Positions 24,767-36,823 of a stretch of 49,907 nucleotides of DNA are shown piece after piece. The DNA is from Octopus bimaculoides. Its lineage: Eukaryota. Below the pieces are notes generated by a model. It ran no database searches and had not been told where the DNA came from. It was given only the letters and a program-made list of their open reading frames with translations. Position numbers and translations under genes: made by a program. Within the stretch, counting starts at the first letter, position 1; the number at the start of each line of letters is the position of its first letter. The stretch spans positions 96,886,564-96,936,470 of the forward strand of contig NC_068984.1 of assembly GCF_001194135.2 (NCBI RefSeq). The letters are read 5' to 3'.

Positions 24767-26395
24767 GGCTGACGATATGTTGCCGCATTCGTGGATTTTG
24801 GAAACACTCGACATTTGTGGAATAGCTGAGAACGTATGTGCACTGATAAAGAACAGCATGCCTAGTTGGAAAACAAGTCTTTTCTGTAACAACCAGCACT
24901 TAGCCAAGGTAACAATCAAAAGGGATATCTTCCAGGGAGACTCTAGTTCACCTTTGTTACTTGTTATAGCCTTGATCCTACTTTCTGTAGTCCTACGCAA
25001 AGTCAACGCGCACTATGAGCTGAGAAAGAATGGAGCTCGTCTCAATCACCTTCTCTTCATAGATGATTTAAAACTTCGCAAAAACAAAGCCTGAAATGGA
25101 GAGGCTGGTTGAGACTGTGCAGATGTGCAGCAAGGATATAGGGATGGAATTCGGTATCTCGAAAAGTGCGGTGCTCACTTTGAATCGGGGGAAAAAAGCA
25201 GATTGTAGGGGCATAGAATTGCCAAACGGAGAGAAAATGGAAGACCCGAATGATGATGGGCACAAGTACCTTGGGATCCTGAAGCTGGACAATATCGTGC
25301 ACAGAGAAATGAAAGACAAAGTCATTACTGCATATTTCAAGCGCCTCAAACTTCTCTTGAAATTAAAACTCAACTCAAGGAGCCTTGTGACTGCCATCAA
25401 CATATGGACTGTTGCTGTAGTTCGCTATAGTATAATCATTCTGAAATAGACCCAAGTGGATATTAACCAACTCGATAGTGCTACCCGAAAGACAATGACA
25501 ATGCATGATGCCCTCCACCCTAAGGCGAATGTACACAGGCTCTACATGAAGAGAGGTAAAGGTGGACGTGGGTTGATTAGCGTACGGGAGTGCATCAACA
25601 GTGAAAGACGAAATATGGCAGAATATTTGGTAAACAGCAAACAAGATCTGCTACAGTATGCTGCTAATGCAGAAGGATTTACCAAAAGTGGACTTGAGGG
25701 TGCTCATGAATTCCGATCACGAACAGCCAACAAGAGAGAAAAAACGCTACTTCGCATGGAATTACATGGTAAGTTCCACTGTGAAACTAACAACTTAAAA
25801 GACCAGGAAACATCATGGAGGTGGTTCAGCAAGGGTGAACAGAAAAAAAAGAATACTGAAAGCCTAATCATCGCTGCTCATGATCACGCATTGAATACCA
25901 ACTCAGTGAAAAGGGATATATACCACACAAGTGCAACTAACCATTGCAGAATGTGTGGGAAGAGGGTCGAAAGCGTGACTCACATTGTTAGTGCTTGGGA
26001 AAGTCTTGTGCAGAAAGAGTACAAGCGCAGACTCGACAAGTTAGTCCAAAACCTTCATTGGCTACAATTCCGTAAGTATTAATACGTGGTAAATGGTGCT
26101 TGGTACCAACATACACCAGAAAAAATAATGGACGAAAAGAGATGGCAAAAATCCTCCGAGACTTTGACTTCCAGACAGACAAGGTATTAGAGCACCGAAG
26201 GCCGGATATAGTAACCTTTTGGAGGGACAAACAAGAGTGCCTAATAATTGACGTGGTAGTGCCAGGTGATCAACATATTATCATGAAACAAAGAGAAAAG
26301 ACCGATAAATATGGAAACCTGAGAATTAAGATCGCTAAGATGTGGTAGTTACAAGAGTCTAACATAAAAGTTGTCTTTATTGTCATCGGAGCATA
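24765..26395 (+). mobile_element. R4/Dong-like non-LTR retrotransposon (RT, C-terminal zinc finger and restriction-like endonuclease), truncated at both ends and degraded
   Basis: KA.DMLPHSW, IFQGDSSSPLL, NHLLFIDDLKL, KYLG, GGRGLI, CRMCGKRVESVTHIVS, RPDIV..IIDVVVPGD..EKTDKY; stops and frameshifts present. The 5' junction abuts (TAA)n, the known Dong target. Confidence 0.88.
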
Positions 26396-26430
26396 TTATT
26401 ATTATTATTACTATTATTATTATTATTATA

Positions 26431-26462
<32 letters not shown>

Positions 26463-26463
<1 letters not shown>

Positions 26464-27859
26464 TCATTTGTTAGCCACTAGGGCCGATATACAGTAGACA
26501 TGGACAGTAGGGATTTTACACAGAAACAACGAGTACGCAATTAAAACAATAACAATGCTATCCAACAAAGGAATATAACAATGAAAGTTCCCTAATGGGG
26601 CGGGGAGGTAACCACCTGGAGTTGGCTCAGGTACCTCACCAATCCTGAACCACTCAACGCTTCGAGGGCTTCCGAGAAAAGCACCCTTCCTCCTCTCAAA
26701 TTCACTAGCATAAAGGCGCATTATTAGAATAGGTCCACTCACACGTGCCATTTTCGCTACATTCACCTACAGTTTAGCAAATGTGCTGGTGGGCAGCACT
26801 TCTCTCTCTACGCACATCTTCCTTTCCAAATGAAATTTGAAAAAGTTGAGTGATTGGCCGAAGAGAAATTGTCCTTTCAACCTAGTCTACCATATAACCT
26901 CTTTCGCTACTGCTATCAGACAGAGGAAAATTGCTTGCCCTACCGAACCAATGGAAAGCGGCGGATCAATCTTCACTATGGACTCGGCCGATTACCGGAT
27001 CTGTCCTACACGTGATAACAGCTGTTCAACATAACTCCACAAGTCAGTAATGCAAGGACACTGGATGAGTACGTGCAGAACGGTTTCATCGCTCTGCGCG
27101 CATCTCGGGCAGGTCCGTCTGACAGTACTTCCGTGCCTGTAGAGTTTATCTCGGACCGGTAGCACTGTCAAGCTAGGGATTTCTGGAAGTTATCCATTGT
27201 CCCTGGCTCGAAAGTCCTCCTGAACAGACTGGTTAGTTCGATTTCGTCAACACCTAGCGTTTCTCCAAGTGCGTCATCGCTCTTTCCCTCCACTAGCCTT
27301 CTATAGAACTCAAGAGTGGATGTTCCACTGATCGCATTGCCTGCCTGGTAGAGGGCAGTGAGTGCCTGGCAACATTCCAGATGCCAGTCAACCTTCCTCG
27401 GTCTCTTCTTGACCCAGGACTGTAGCTCAGTCAAGGAGACGCGCTGTGGAAAAGCCTGTTTGACAAATGATGACCATCTCTTCACCGTTTAGGCAGAATA
27501 TCGGGAAATGCCGCAGCCTCAGCGCATGTCTGCGCATCATTAGCCACGACATGCCCAACCCTCCGCGTAGAGGATGTTGGCAGCAAATAGACCGCCTCAC
27601 CAATGGAACCTGTCCCCTCCACAGGAATTTGAAGAGGAGGCGCTCTAGCTTGGCGAGTCATGATTGGGGGCAAGGCACGACGGTCTAGCGGTAGTAGATG
27701 ACGGAGGTATGTACACATTCTCCACTTCCGCTCGACCTTTCAGTGATAGCTTTCTTCCAGCCCATTTCTGAGTGAGACTAGCCGCCCAGCTCGTTACCTC
27801 GTCCCAATTCTTATCCACCTGGAGGTCTGGTCCGAACCAAACCCCAAGTAATTTACCGT

Positions 27860-27860
<1 letters not shown>
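26463..27860 (-). mobile_element. 5'-truncated Tx1/L1-like LINE: ORF2 3' half, 3' UTR and (AAT)n tail
   Basis: KLLGVWFGPD, KLSLKGRAEV, GGLGM, and a zf-RVT-like region LAW..ALPVRDKL..CPRC..ETVLH..C. The 3' end runs into the 26394-26462 tract. Confidence 0.8.

Positions 27861-27919
<59 letters not shown>
27861..27919. repeat. (GATA)n microsatellite
   Basis: Visible directly. Confidence 0.95.
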
Positions 27920-28195
27920 CTTCTATTCAGTTGTAAGGCATTGGTTAATCTGTGGCGAAAACGCGTGGTGTTAAACATAATCTATTAACCAAACAGCTTT
28001 GTCTACATTTATTAAATAACAGTGGAGTCACCTTCGCTTTTGACCTTTCAACTCTCTATCAACTTAACTCCTACTTATGGAATTAACGTTTAAGGGGCTG
28101 AGTACTCTACAGACATATAACTTAATTCTCAGACCGAATCAGTGTGTCACAGTGTGACAAGTCTATATCACTGAATTACAGATAAATAGAGCGGG

Positions 28196-28230
<35 letters not shown>

Positions 28231-28768
28231 AATAAAGAACCGATTCTGTATTGCTCTAGTACTTTTATCGATACTGAAAAGATGTGATGCAACATTGATT
28301 TAGACCGAGTAGAAGCGGAACAAATACCACAAGGTATTTTACGCTCTAACGACAACTAATTCGATGTTTTGCATAATAATTAGATATACAAACACACATA
28401 ATACACATTCAAACACACACGCGCATGCACGCATGCACACACACGCACACGCACACACGCACACACACACACATACATGCACGTGTATGTGCGTAAATGT
28501 GTGAAAATTTTCGTTGTAAGTTTTTATTTATTCCAAAATGTCTGTCTAATCAAAAAGGTAACAAGTCTGCAAACTTTTTGAGTTTCAAACAGTTTGATTT
28601 CAGCAAAATTAGCTCCGCTATTAAATACATTTTTAGTTCATTACTAACACACGTACACACGCACACAAACACACACACACACACATATATATATACACAC
28701 ACATGCATATACAGATACACATATACAAGTGTCATAAAAAAAGACGGCAGCTTCTTTTTTATAGTGAA

Positions 28769-29609
28769 CTAGCAGAAATACCCGGCTTTTCCCGGGTTAA
28801 AGAGAATAATGAAATCTAAAAACGCCGTCTAGACTACGCAACCCTCAACTGTTAGTAGCTACGATACCATATTCCTACCTTAATAAATCTCCAATCCATG
28901 CCAGCATGGAACATAGACATTAAGTGGAATGCTAGAAGAAAGTTTTCAACTCATATCTATATAAAGTAAATACACGTAATTCAGAAACACGTTTTGTGTA
29001 TTTTATTTCGTAACCAAACAAACAGGTACAGATTATAAATAATGAAAGGCCAATTTTGGTGATTCATTTGACAGAGGTAGTAGAGAGACAATGCGATGAT
29101 AAATCTGAGGTTGGATCTTGAAAGTTTGGATGAATGCTGCCTCAGTTAAATCTCTTGTGGTTCCAAATGATGTCATCTGTAGTACAGCGTCGTATTGTCT
29201 AATTTTGTTTTGCAAATGTNNNNNNNNNNNNNNNNNNNNNNNNNNNNNNNNNNNNNNNNNNNNNNNNNNNNNNNNNNNNNNNNNNNNNNNNNNNNNNNNN
29301 NNNNNNNNNNNNNNNNNNNNNNNNNNNNNNNNNNNNNNNNNNNNNNNNNNNNNNNNNNNNNNNNNNNNNNGCAAATGTTAGGAATCTTGGTCAGTTGATG
29401 ATAACAGTTTCTTCAATAGCTCTGGAGGTTGGGGATTGTGGAATTGTTGGGAATGTTTTTAAATTTGGTGTTATATGTATTGCTTGAATTTCTTTGACAT
29501 ATGAAATATATGTATTTTCACTGGGTTTGTAAAAGAGAGTTGTGTAGTTCTCGAGTTTTAGGGATTCACACAGACACACAGACAGACAGACACACAGACA
29601 GACAGACAC

Positions 29610-29640
<31 letters not shown>

Positions 29641-29666
29641 CACATTCTCATCTTTATATATAGAGA
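28769..29666 (-). mobile_element. Non-autonomous Helitron carrying a Rep fragment
   Basis: Minus strand shows A|TC at the 5' end (29666) and CTAG|T at the 3' end (28769), a subterminal hairpin acccgg..ccgggt (28780-28797) and (GACA)n near the 5' end. It encodes IRQYDAVLQMTSFG..FKIQPQIYHRIVSLLP (Helitron Rep N-terminal motif). Confidence 0.85.
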
Positions 29667-29773
29667 TTTGTATACACACACACACGTACCCAAACACACG
29701 TATATATATGTATATCAATATACATATATGAAAGTCAATGAAGTTTCGTAAAAGAAGGTGATCNNNNNNNNNN

Positions 29774-30192
29774 AAAATTTACAATCGATAAATGTCTTAG
29801 AACAACCAGTCTCTCATCTGGGAAGGTCTTGAAATCAATGTTACCAACTGAGGACTATGTGTGTCACAGTGATAATAAAAAGACTCAAAAGAGGTCTGCA
29901 ACGAAATAATTTTACTCAACACTTTGCAAGTGAATCAGTGGAGGCAAAGATGCGTCTCATTTACTTGACAATTTATGCACCACATTGCAGAAATCACAAT
30001 GTAAGTATATCTGAAAGGGTAGTCTTACACTGTTGTACCGTTGAATTACAAATAAGTAAGGCATGTGTAAAATTTGAATGAAATTGGTTGCGTAGTTCTC
30101 GAGTTTTAGGGATTCACACACACACAGACAGACGGACAAACAGACAGACAGACAGACACACACACACACATTCTCATTTTTATATATATAGA
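29774..30192 (-). mobile_element. Second Helitron-family copy (5' end only)
   Basis: Same 5' module (gtagttctcgagttttagggattcac-(GACA)n-cattctcatttttatatatatagat) as 29545-29666, but with a different interior. Confidence 0.75.
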
Positions 30193-30505
30193 TGATTTTT
30201 AAAGGAAAAATAGCGTTTCTTTTTACTGTAATGTTTAGTGTACAGTAACAGTCTCTCAACCACTCTCTCCACAAAAGCTTCCACTACAACTTTTACCCCG
30301 TCTCCTGACTATTGTGTCTTTCTATCTTTCTTTCTTCACTACACCATCTCTCTTCCAGTTGTCTCTGCCAGTCTTTCACTCTCTGTCTATAACTATATCT
30401 CTCCATAACTGTTCTATATTTAAGAGATGAGGAATTATGTACATTATTTTCATTATTTACATTATTTACATTTGACGGATATTTGTCCTAATCTTGTTTG
30501 TTGTT

Positions 30506-30551
30506 AACACAATGTTTCGGCTGATATACCCTCCAGCCTTCATCAGGTGTC
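30506..30551 (-). ncRNA. Minimal type I hammerhead ribozyme, best-preserved copy
   Basis: GACAC-CUGAUGA-A-GGCUG(gagggtatat)CAGCC-GAAAC-AUU-GUGUU: core intact, stems I and II form; the helix III palindrome ACGU has changed to ACAU. Confidence 0.7.
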
Positions 30552-30603
30552 TTGGGGAAATTTCGAACCTTAGGAATGAGAACCCAAGTTCGAAATTTCC
30601 CCA

Positions 30604-30650
30604 AGACATCTAATGAAGGCTGGAGGGTATCTCAGCCGGAACGTTGTGTT
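30604..30650 (+). ncRNA. Degraded hammerhead copy
   Basis: Core CUAAUGA (G5 to A) and GGAAC; GGCUG/CAGCC stem and ACGUU retained. Confidence 0.55.
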
Positions 30651-30768
30651 AACAACAAACAAGATGAGGACAAATATCTGTCAAGTGTAAATAATGTAAA
30701 TAATAAAAATAATGCTCTCTACAACTGTTTCAACCTTTATCTGTCATTTCACTTCTCTCTCTCTCCCA

Positions 30769-30867
<99 letters not shown>

Positions 30868-31686
30868 ACGCACACACACACGCGTGCGCACTCTACTACA
30901 GTATCTTTCTACCGCAATTTCCATATCCTCCCACCACTCTGTCTTCACCGTTTGTTTTTTCTCGTAATTTGGAATTCTGTCTAGTGTGCATCGTATTTTG
31001 AATATGCTGGAAATGAGGTTCTAGTCTCGATTCTTCTCGGAATCAGAGAAGCAATTCGAGTACACATTAAAAAAAGTTTCGAACAAGTTTCGAACAGCTA
31101 AACCGACCAATGAAACAATGTATAACAATGAATTAGCAAATGACACGACGAACTCCATAATCAATTTATAAGCAAAACTATAACATCGGAAACCAGCCTG
31201 CAAAACAATAACCACACTCAGTATATAGGTAAATAAATATAGGAACAAAATATACCAAAATTATTGTAGGAAACAACTAATAAGAATAATAAGAGCCCTC
31301 GATAATGGATGGAAATTGCACATGAACAAAAAGGAAAAAATACTTGCCTGAAGATCGTAGTAACATGAAATTCGTAACGCGAGAAAAGGACATTCAGCTT
31401 AATTTAACTAATACACTGTAAAATATATATTGAGTACTCTTCTTTCATTGACAAACTGTAACATTTGAATAAATATTTGTGTGTGTGTGTATGTGTGTAT
31501 TTGTGTGTGCAGCTGTTTCTGAGAATGTGTGTATGTGTTTATGGGGGTGGGGACGCATGCATGTGTGTGTATATGTTTAAGTGGGTTCGTATGGTTATCT
31601 CAACTTCATCTTATTGCTGAAATTGCCAATTTAATGTTATTTCTTACTCTTTTATCAGAATGTATGATTTCAAACACATATAGACG

Positions 31687-31799
<113 letters not shown>

Positions 31800-32308
31800 G
31801 TACTGGTATACACTGACGCATACAAAATAAAGATTAAAACAGGAATTGTAAATTCGTTCCCCGTCCCCGACTTTGCATTAAAGGTGACGCTGAAATCTAA
31901 ATAAATACTGAAAGAAGAGAGAATATCTTGAAACTGCTTAGAATGTTGTTAAATGTATTTAAGGATCAAATATCAGAATTTTCAGTCGGTACAGCTGAAG
32001 GGGTCACCTAATGGACAGGGAAGGAAGCTTAAAACTATGTCAGTTTGGCAAGATCAGTGAATAGAGAGCTGGTGGGTTGCTATTTGTATCTGAAAGACTT
32101 TGTTTTGATTGAAGCTAAATTGCTGGTTGGCTGGTCTGGTCTGTTTGTTGGCTGACTCTAGGTCAACATTATTTTCTTCTGTTACTGGTTTTAGCTTTTG
32201 GATTGTGGTTATGCTGGAGGACCGTCTTCAGGTGTTTTAGTCGATTATATCAACCCCACCAGCACTTATAACAATCCAGCACTTACTATACTTGTTTTTC
32301 ATAGGAGT

Positions 32309-32490
32309 CTGGGACATCTACCCCCTATGAACAATAACCCCTTCAAGGACAAATATCTCTGAGGACAACAGATGATGATTTAAAACTTCTTAATATATTA
32401 CAGTCGGAGTAATTAACCAAGGAGGTAATTGTCCTAGGGGTAGTTGTCGTCGAGAGCAATTGTCCTATAGGGGGTAATTGTCCTGATACG
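32309..32490. mobile_element. Short foldback/MITE-like element with GGACAATTACCCC-type subterminal repeats
   Basis: ggacatctacccc and ggacaa units on the left, ggggtaattgtcc units on the right, in inverted orientation. Confidence 0.45.
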
Positions 32491-32559
32491 GTTCATACAA
32501 CACCTAAATTACCATTATGACACAAAGAGAAACAACTTGATATCGGTTTATCCCGTAAG

Positions 32560-32618
<59 letters not shown>

Positions 32619-32819
32619 GCGCGCAAGCAAACATACACACATGTCTGCTGGTGCTACGATTGTGTTGCTCAATAGAAATATGTGCTGAGCAGACAATCAT
32701 TAGTAACAAACCTACTGAGTTAATATACAAATTAGTATCGTGTTATCTGATGGTTTTCAGTTATTTCGTGAAAATGAGTAACGTTATTTTAGAATGGCTC
32801 TGTGATTTTTACAATGGCT

Positions 32820-33190
32820 GACAAATTCAAGTAAATTTTTTGAGCTTCATGTAAACAGAAAAGATGTTATCCTCAGGCCGGACACCTAAATACTTGCATC
32901 AGAGTAAACTCTGCGTAAGGTATCCAGGGCTCAGCAGTTGATGCAAAACTGAGTGAACCACCTGGGAACAGGAACTGTCCCTTCGACCGAGTTTCCTATG
33001 TTAATTACAGTTCAGCTGAATTACTATTGTGCTTTAAGTAATATGTTGTTTTGGTTGGGACGAAGACATATTTCATTTGCAAAGCGTTAGATTTTGCCTT
33101 AGGGCTGTTAGATATCTTCTTGGCTACAAACAGGGTTAAAATTGATCTCTTCGATAGTTAGATTAAGGTGGATTTAAAAGTTAATCCTCC
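32820..33190 (-). pseudogene. Very degenerate non-LTR RT relic
   Basis: CKYLGV and RFANEICLRPN resemble late RT motifs; many stops. Confidence 0.35.
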
Positions 33191-33240
33191 CTTTATATAT
33201 TTAGATAACTTATTTCACCAACTGAGTTACACACAGAGAA

Positions 33241-33274
<34 letters not shown>

Positions 33275-33291
33275 NNNNNNNNNNCAGAGAA

Positions 33292-33331
<40 letters not shown>

Positions 33332-33871
33332 TGTGCGCGCGTGCGCGTGTATGTATGCATGTACGCTATAAGTGTGAGGCTCTGGTTCGGGGTTCCATGG
33401 TTTTGAGGGGTGTGGAATCACCTCTTAGCCACAGGTATTCCCAGATCTACTGTGACCCGGGGTAGTAACAACCTGTCAGGGTCCCAGTTATGAATTAACT
33501 AATAAAAGTGATAGCATATCAGCGGAGCGCGAGGACACATAAGTATCCTTGATCGGAGTCAGGGTGCGCAGGAAAACGACTGGGAGTGAAGGACTCCTAA
33601 CTGTTGTTACAGCATCCTTCAAGGAGAGGGATACTCTTATGTAAAACCTGCGGTTCCACATGATTACTGGTCATCTCGCTTCGGCCTGTCATTAGGTTCC
33701 ATTTAGCCATTAACCCCATCTGATAATCAAGATACTATTTTTCCTGCTTATCAAATACTGATGGAGGACAACAAAAATTGAATTTTGATTACGATCAACC
33801 AATTACATTATCTCGTAAATTAAAGAATATGATATTATTTGGAATTAAAGTTGGGAAATTTGGTTAATTTT

Positions 33872-33919
33872 AGCCAATCAACAGACAGCGAGGTACTAAC
33901 AACATGTTACCATGACAAC
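33872..33919 (+). promoter_or_regulatory. CCAAT box (AGCCAATCA) plus RFX X-box-like motif (GTTACCATGACAAC)
   Basis: Motif matches at 33872-33880 and 33906-33919 in sequence with no recognisable repeat. Motif evidence only. Confidence 0.35.
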
Positions 33920-34842
33920 CGCACGTTGTGTTGTGCTTCGCCTGATTGTTGTGTTGATTCTTCACACCACGAGATTTACTTCACCCATGTGTTTTGTTTT
34001 AATAAAAATTTATCAATAAGAATTTTATTATAGCTATTTTTTATCAATTGTCTTAATATTTTACATATTTTTCATGTATAGCAAAAGTTGTTTGCGATGT
34101 TAATACAGTTTCTTGGAATTATGAAAGTGAATGGAATATGTGAACTTAGTACGGATAATTTGACATTATTTTTGAATTCTGCATGCAAAGATATATAAGA
34201 TACGGGTATTCTTTTTCTTGGGACAAATTCTTTGTTGACCAGTGTTATTCTTATCGTAGTTTACAAATCCAAGCATGAAAACGGTACACATCTTTGAAGT
34301 TTTGGACACAGACGCTCCCTTTTCACACGCGCGCGCGCGCATACACTTATATATTAATGATGTACACAAATACATGACAGGTGTACATAATACTGAAACA
34401 CGCATAAAGTAAACATATGCAGACAAATATATTAATATAACAAATTTTTAAAAAATGATAAAAAACATACAACCAATAAAGAGACAAAAGAAACAGTAAG
34501 ATGATATATGTTGATTTGATTAGGTATTTCTGTTCATTTAGAAACCTTAAATGAAGAGGTCATTTCACAGACGCTAAACTATAAATTTCACAGGATATAA
34601 ATTTCACAACATTCAAGTTGACACCGCTCCGCTAAACGCAGAAAATTTCTGTCTCGCAATTGGCTAAAATACAGAGTTTTTCCGATTTTTAAACCTCTGT
34701 AACTTTTTTCCCCAATATTTTTTCTCCACAATATCATACCTTCATAGCAATTAGACTGGAAAACTATACTATTGTAGCCGATTTTCAGATTTTTTACTGT
34801 CTTTTAAAAAATGCATATTTTGCGAATAAAAAGAAAATAGAT

Positions 34843-35168
34843 TCCTTTTATTTGTCATTTAACTGCGGTCAGTCGAACAAATCGACTCCAGGACTTATTT
34901 TTCTAAGTCTATCGGTCTCTTTTTTCCGAACCGATATGCTACGAGGACATAAACACACCAGCGCCGACTGACAAGCGGTGATGAGGGGCACAAAGACACA
35001 CACACACACAGATATATTCAGCTATATATTATATATACACAGCGGGCTTCTTTCAGTTTCCGCCTACCGAATCCACCGACAAGGCTTTGGTCGGCCCGAG
35101 GCAATTACTCAAGCTACCACGCAGTGGGACTGAACCCGAAACCATGTTGTTTGGGAAGTAAGTCTCTT
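34843..35168 (-). mobile_element. Family 1 SINE with internal deletions
   Basis: gcagtgggactgaacccgaaaccatg head, ctttcagtttccgcctacc left arm, (CA)n and right arm. Confidence 0.85.
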
Positions 35169-35234
35169 ATATGTTGAAAATCATTTTTATTAATGTATTT
35201 ATGATTTTGAAATCGAAACAGTATTTCTAAAACA

Positions 35235-35510
35235 ACAGCACAAGAGGGCGATCGGTTAATTAAACAGACCCTCTCTCCAGTAGTTCTCTGGTACCCATTA
35301 TATCAAGTCCGGGTGAACCAAAGTCAAAGTCTACTGTAGCAGAAATATGAACCTAGCACATAATAGGGTGTACTAAAATACCACTAGGGATTTATTCCAG
35401 TTACTACCATCTCTACAGCAACTTCACCACCCTTCAGTCCAAAGTACCACTAAGGAGTTGTTCCGGTTACTACCATCTCTACCGCAACTTCACCGCCTTT
35501 CGGTTCAAAT
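35235..35510 (-). mobile_element. Degenerate family 3 SINE with tandemly duplicated head (~65-bp unit)
   Basis: taccactagggatttattccagttactaccatctctacagcaacttcacc is repeated at ~35379 and ~35444. Confidence 0.5.
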
Positions 35511-36444
35511 GAAATATTATAATCTCTTCTATTGATTAATCTTCATTAAAACTTTTCAAACGAAATGTAATTAGAGAGAGAAAGAGAGAGGTGGGGAGAA
35601 TTGTTGTTACCTGTGATTAAAAGAGATTAAATGAGATTAGATTAAATCTTTATAATTCTCCAGTTTATAATTCCTTGGTTTAACCTTTCGTTGTTTAGTT
35701 CGGGGCAGGAAAATACAGAATTAAAACCTTGTTATATTTTCGTTTTGTTTTTTTTGTTTTTTTTTTAACATTATAAAAATTAGCGTTTTCATGGACATAA
35801 TCACACTGATGATGATGGGGGTGGTATTTTGCAGCCGCTGATGGTGGCGGCGGTGGTGGTGTTTTAAATCTAAGATCGCTTTGCCTGTAGAGAGCGACGT
35901 GCCGTGTGCTAGACAGATGTCTTTGAAGAGTCGAGTTCAGCGATCTGGTTTCTATTCCTGGCTACAGCCTTTTCAGTTGAATCACACCACTGGTTCACCC
36001 CACACATCCACCCACTTAAAACTTAGTGACAGACGTGATGTTGTCGTTATTGACGTTTTGCAGTTTAACCCTAAGTCAACGCTGATCGAGCACATTTCTG
36101 ATCTGATTGAAGGCGTCAATATCTCTACTTTTGTTCAAACAGTGTATCTAGGAATGCATTTTCCATTGTGACCTTATGATAGAATATGATTTAAAGGAGT
36201 TTGGCTGAAGTTTCTAGCAATTAGAGTATTCACTTTAAGAAAACGATTGCAAAAGTATCGGACTAAATGAGATACAGTCCGAATTACTACCGTTTGATTT
36301 ATGGGGTGGTAAAAGAGATGGTGGAGGAGTAAGATATATGGGCGCGCGCGCGTGTGTGTAATAGAGGTAGTTTGGATAAATCTTAAGTACATTATTTACA
36401 TTATTTACATTTGACGGATATTTGTCCTCATCTTGTTTGTTGTT

Positions 36445-36490
36445 AAAACAACGTTTCAGCCGATATACCCTCCAGCCTTCATTAGGTATC
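36445..36490 (-). ncRNA. Degraded hammerhead copy
   Basis: CUAAUGA-A-GGCUG..CGGCU-GAAACGUU; core G5 to A. Confidence 0.55.
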
Positions 36491-36540
36491 TTGGGGAAAT
36501 TTCGAACTTGGGTTCTCATTCCGAAAGTATTTTTCGATGC

Positions 36541-36604
<64 letters not shown>

Positions 36605-36659
36605 TAGTTCCCTGCCTGGAATCAAACTCCAAGATTCCGAGTTCGACTCCAGGCAGTGA

Positions 36660-36730
<71 letters not shown>

Positions 36731-36775
36731 TCGAAAAATATCTTAGAAATGAAAACCCAGGTTCGAAATTTCCCC

Positions 36776-36823
36776 AAGACATCTGATGAAGGCTGGAAGG
36801 TATATCAGCAGAAACGATGTGTT
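36776..36823 (+). ncRNA. Degraded hammerhead copy
   Basis: CUGAUGA (36783-36789), GGCUG..CAGCA and GAAAC (36811-36815), then GAU (U16.1 lost). Confidence 0.55.

Larger units (their letters stand above)
30408..30714. mobile_element. Head-to-head inverted pair of hammerhead-containing Penelope-type short repeats
   Basis: The arms are reverse complements (aaatttcgaac..cccaagacac..aacaacaaacaagatgaggacaaatat..aaataatgt); junction near 30570. Confidence 0.85.

Noticed and set aside
18968-27860. ORF1 (19-20 kb) and ORF2 (26.5-27.9 kb) as one Tx1 element
   Set aside because: On the minus strand ORF1 would need higher coordinates than ORF2; the order is reversed.
33380-33720. GC-richer segment reminiscent of an RTE 5' UTR
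   Set aside because: Resemblance is impressionistic and there is no adjacent ORF.
36605-36665. tRNA gene
   Set aside because: Only the T-arm/B-box half is present, in two inverted copies; no D-arm or cloverleaf.
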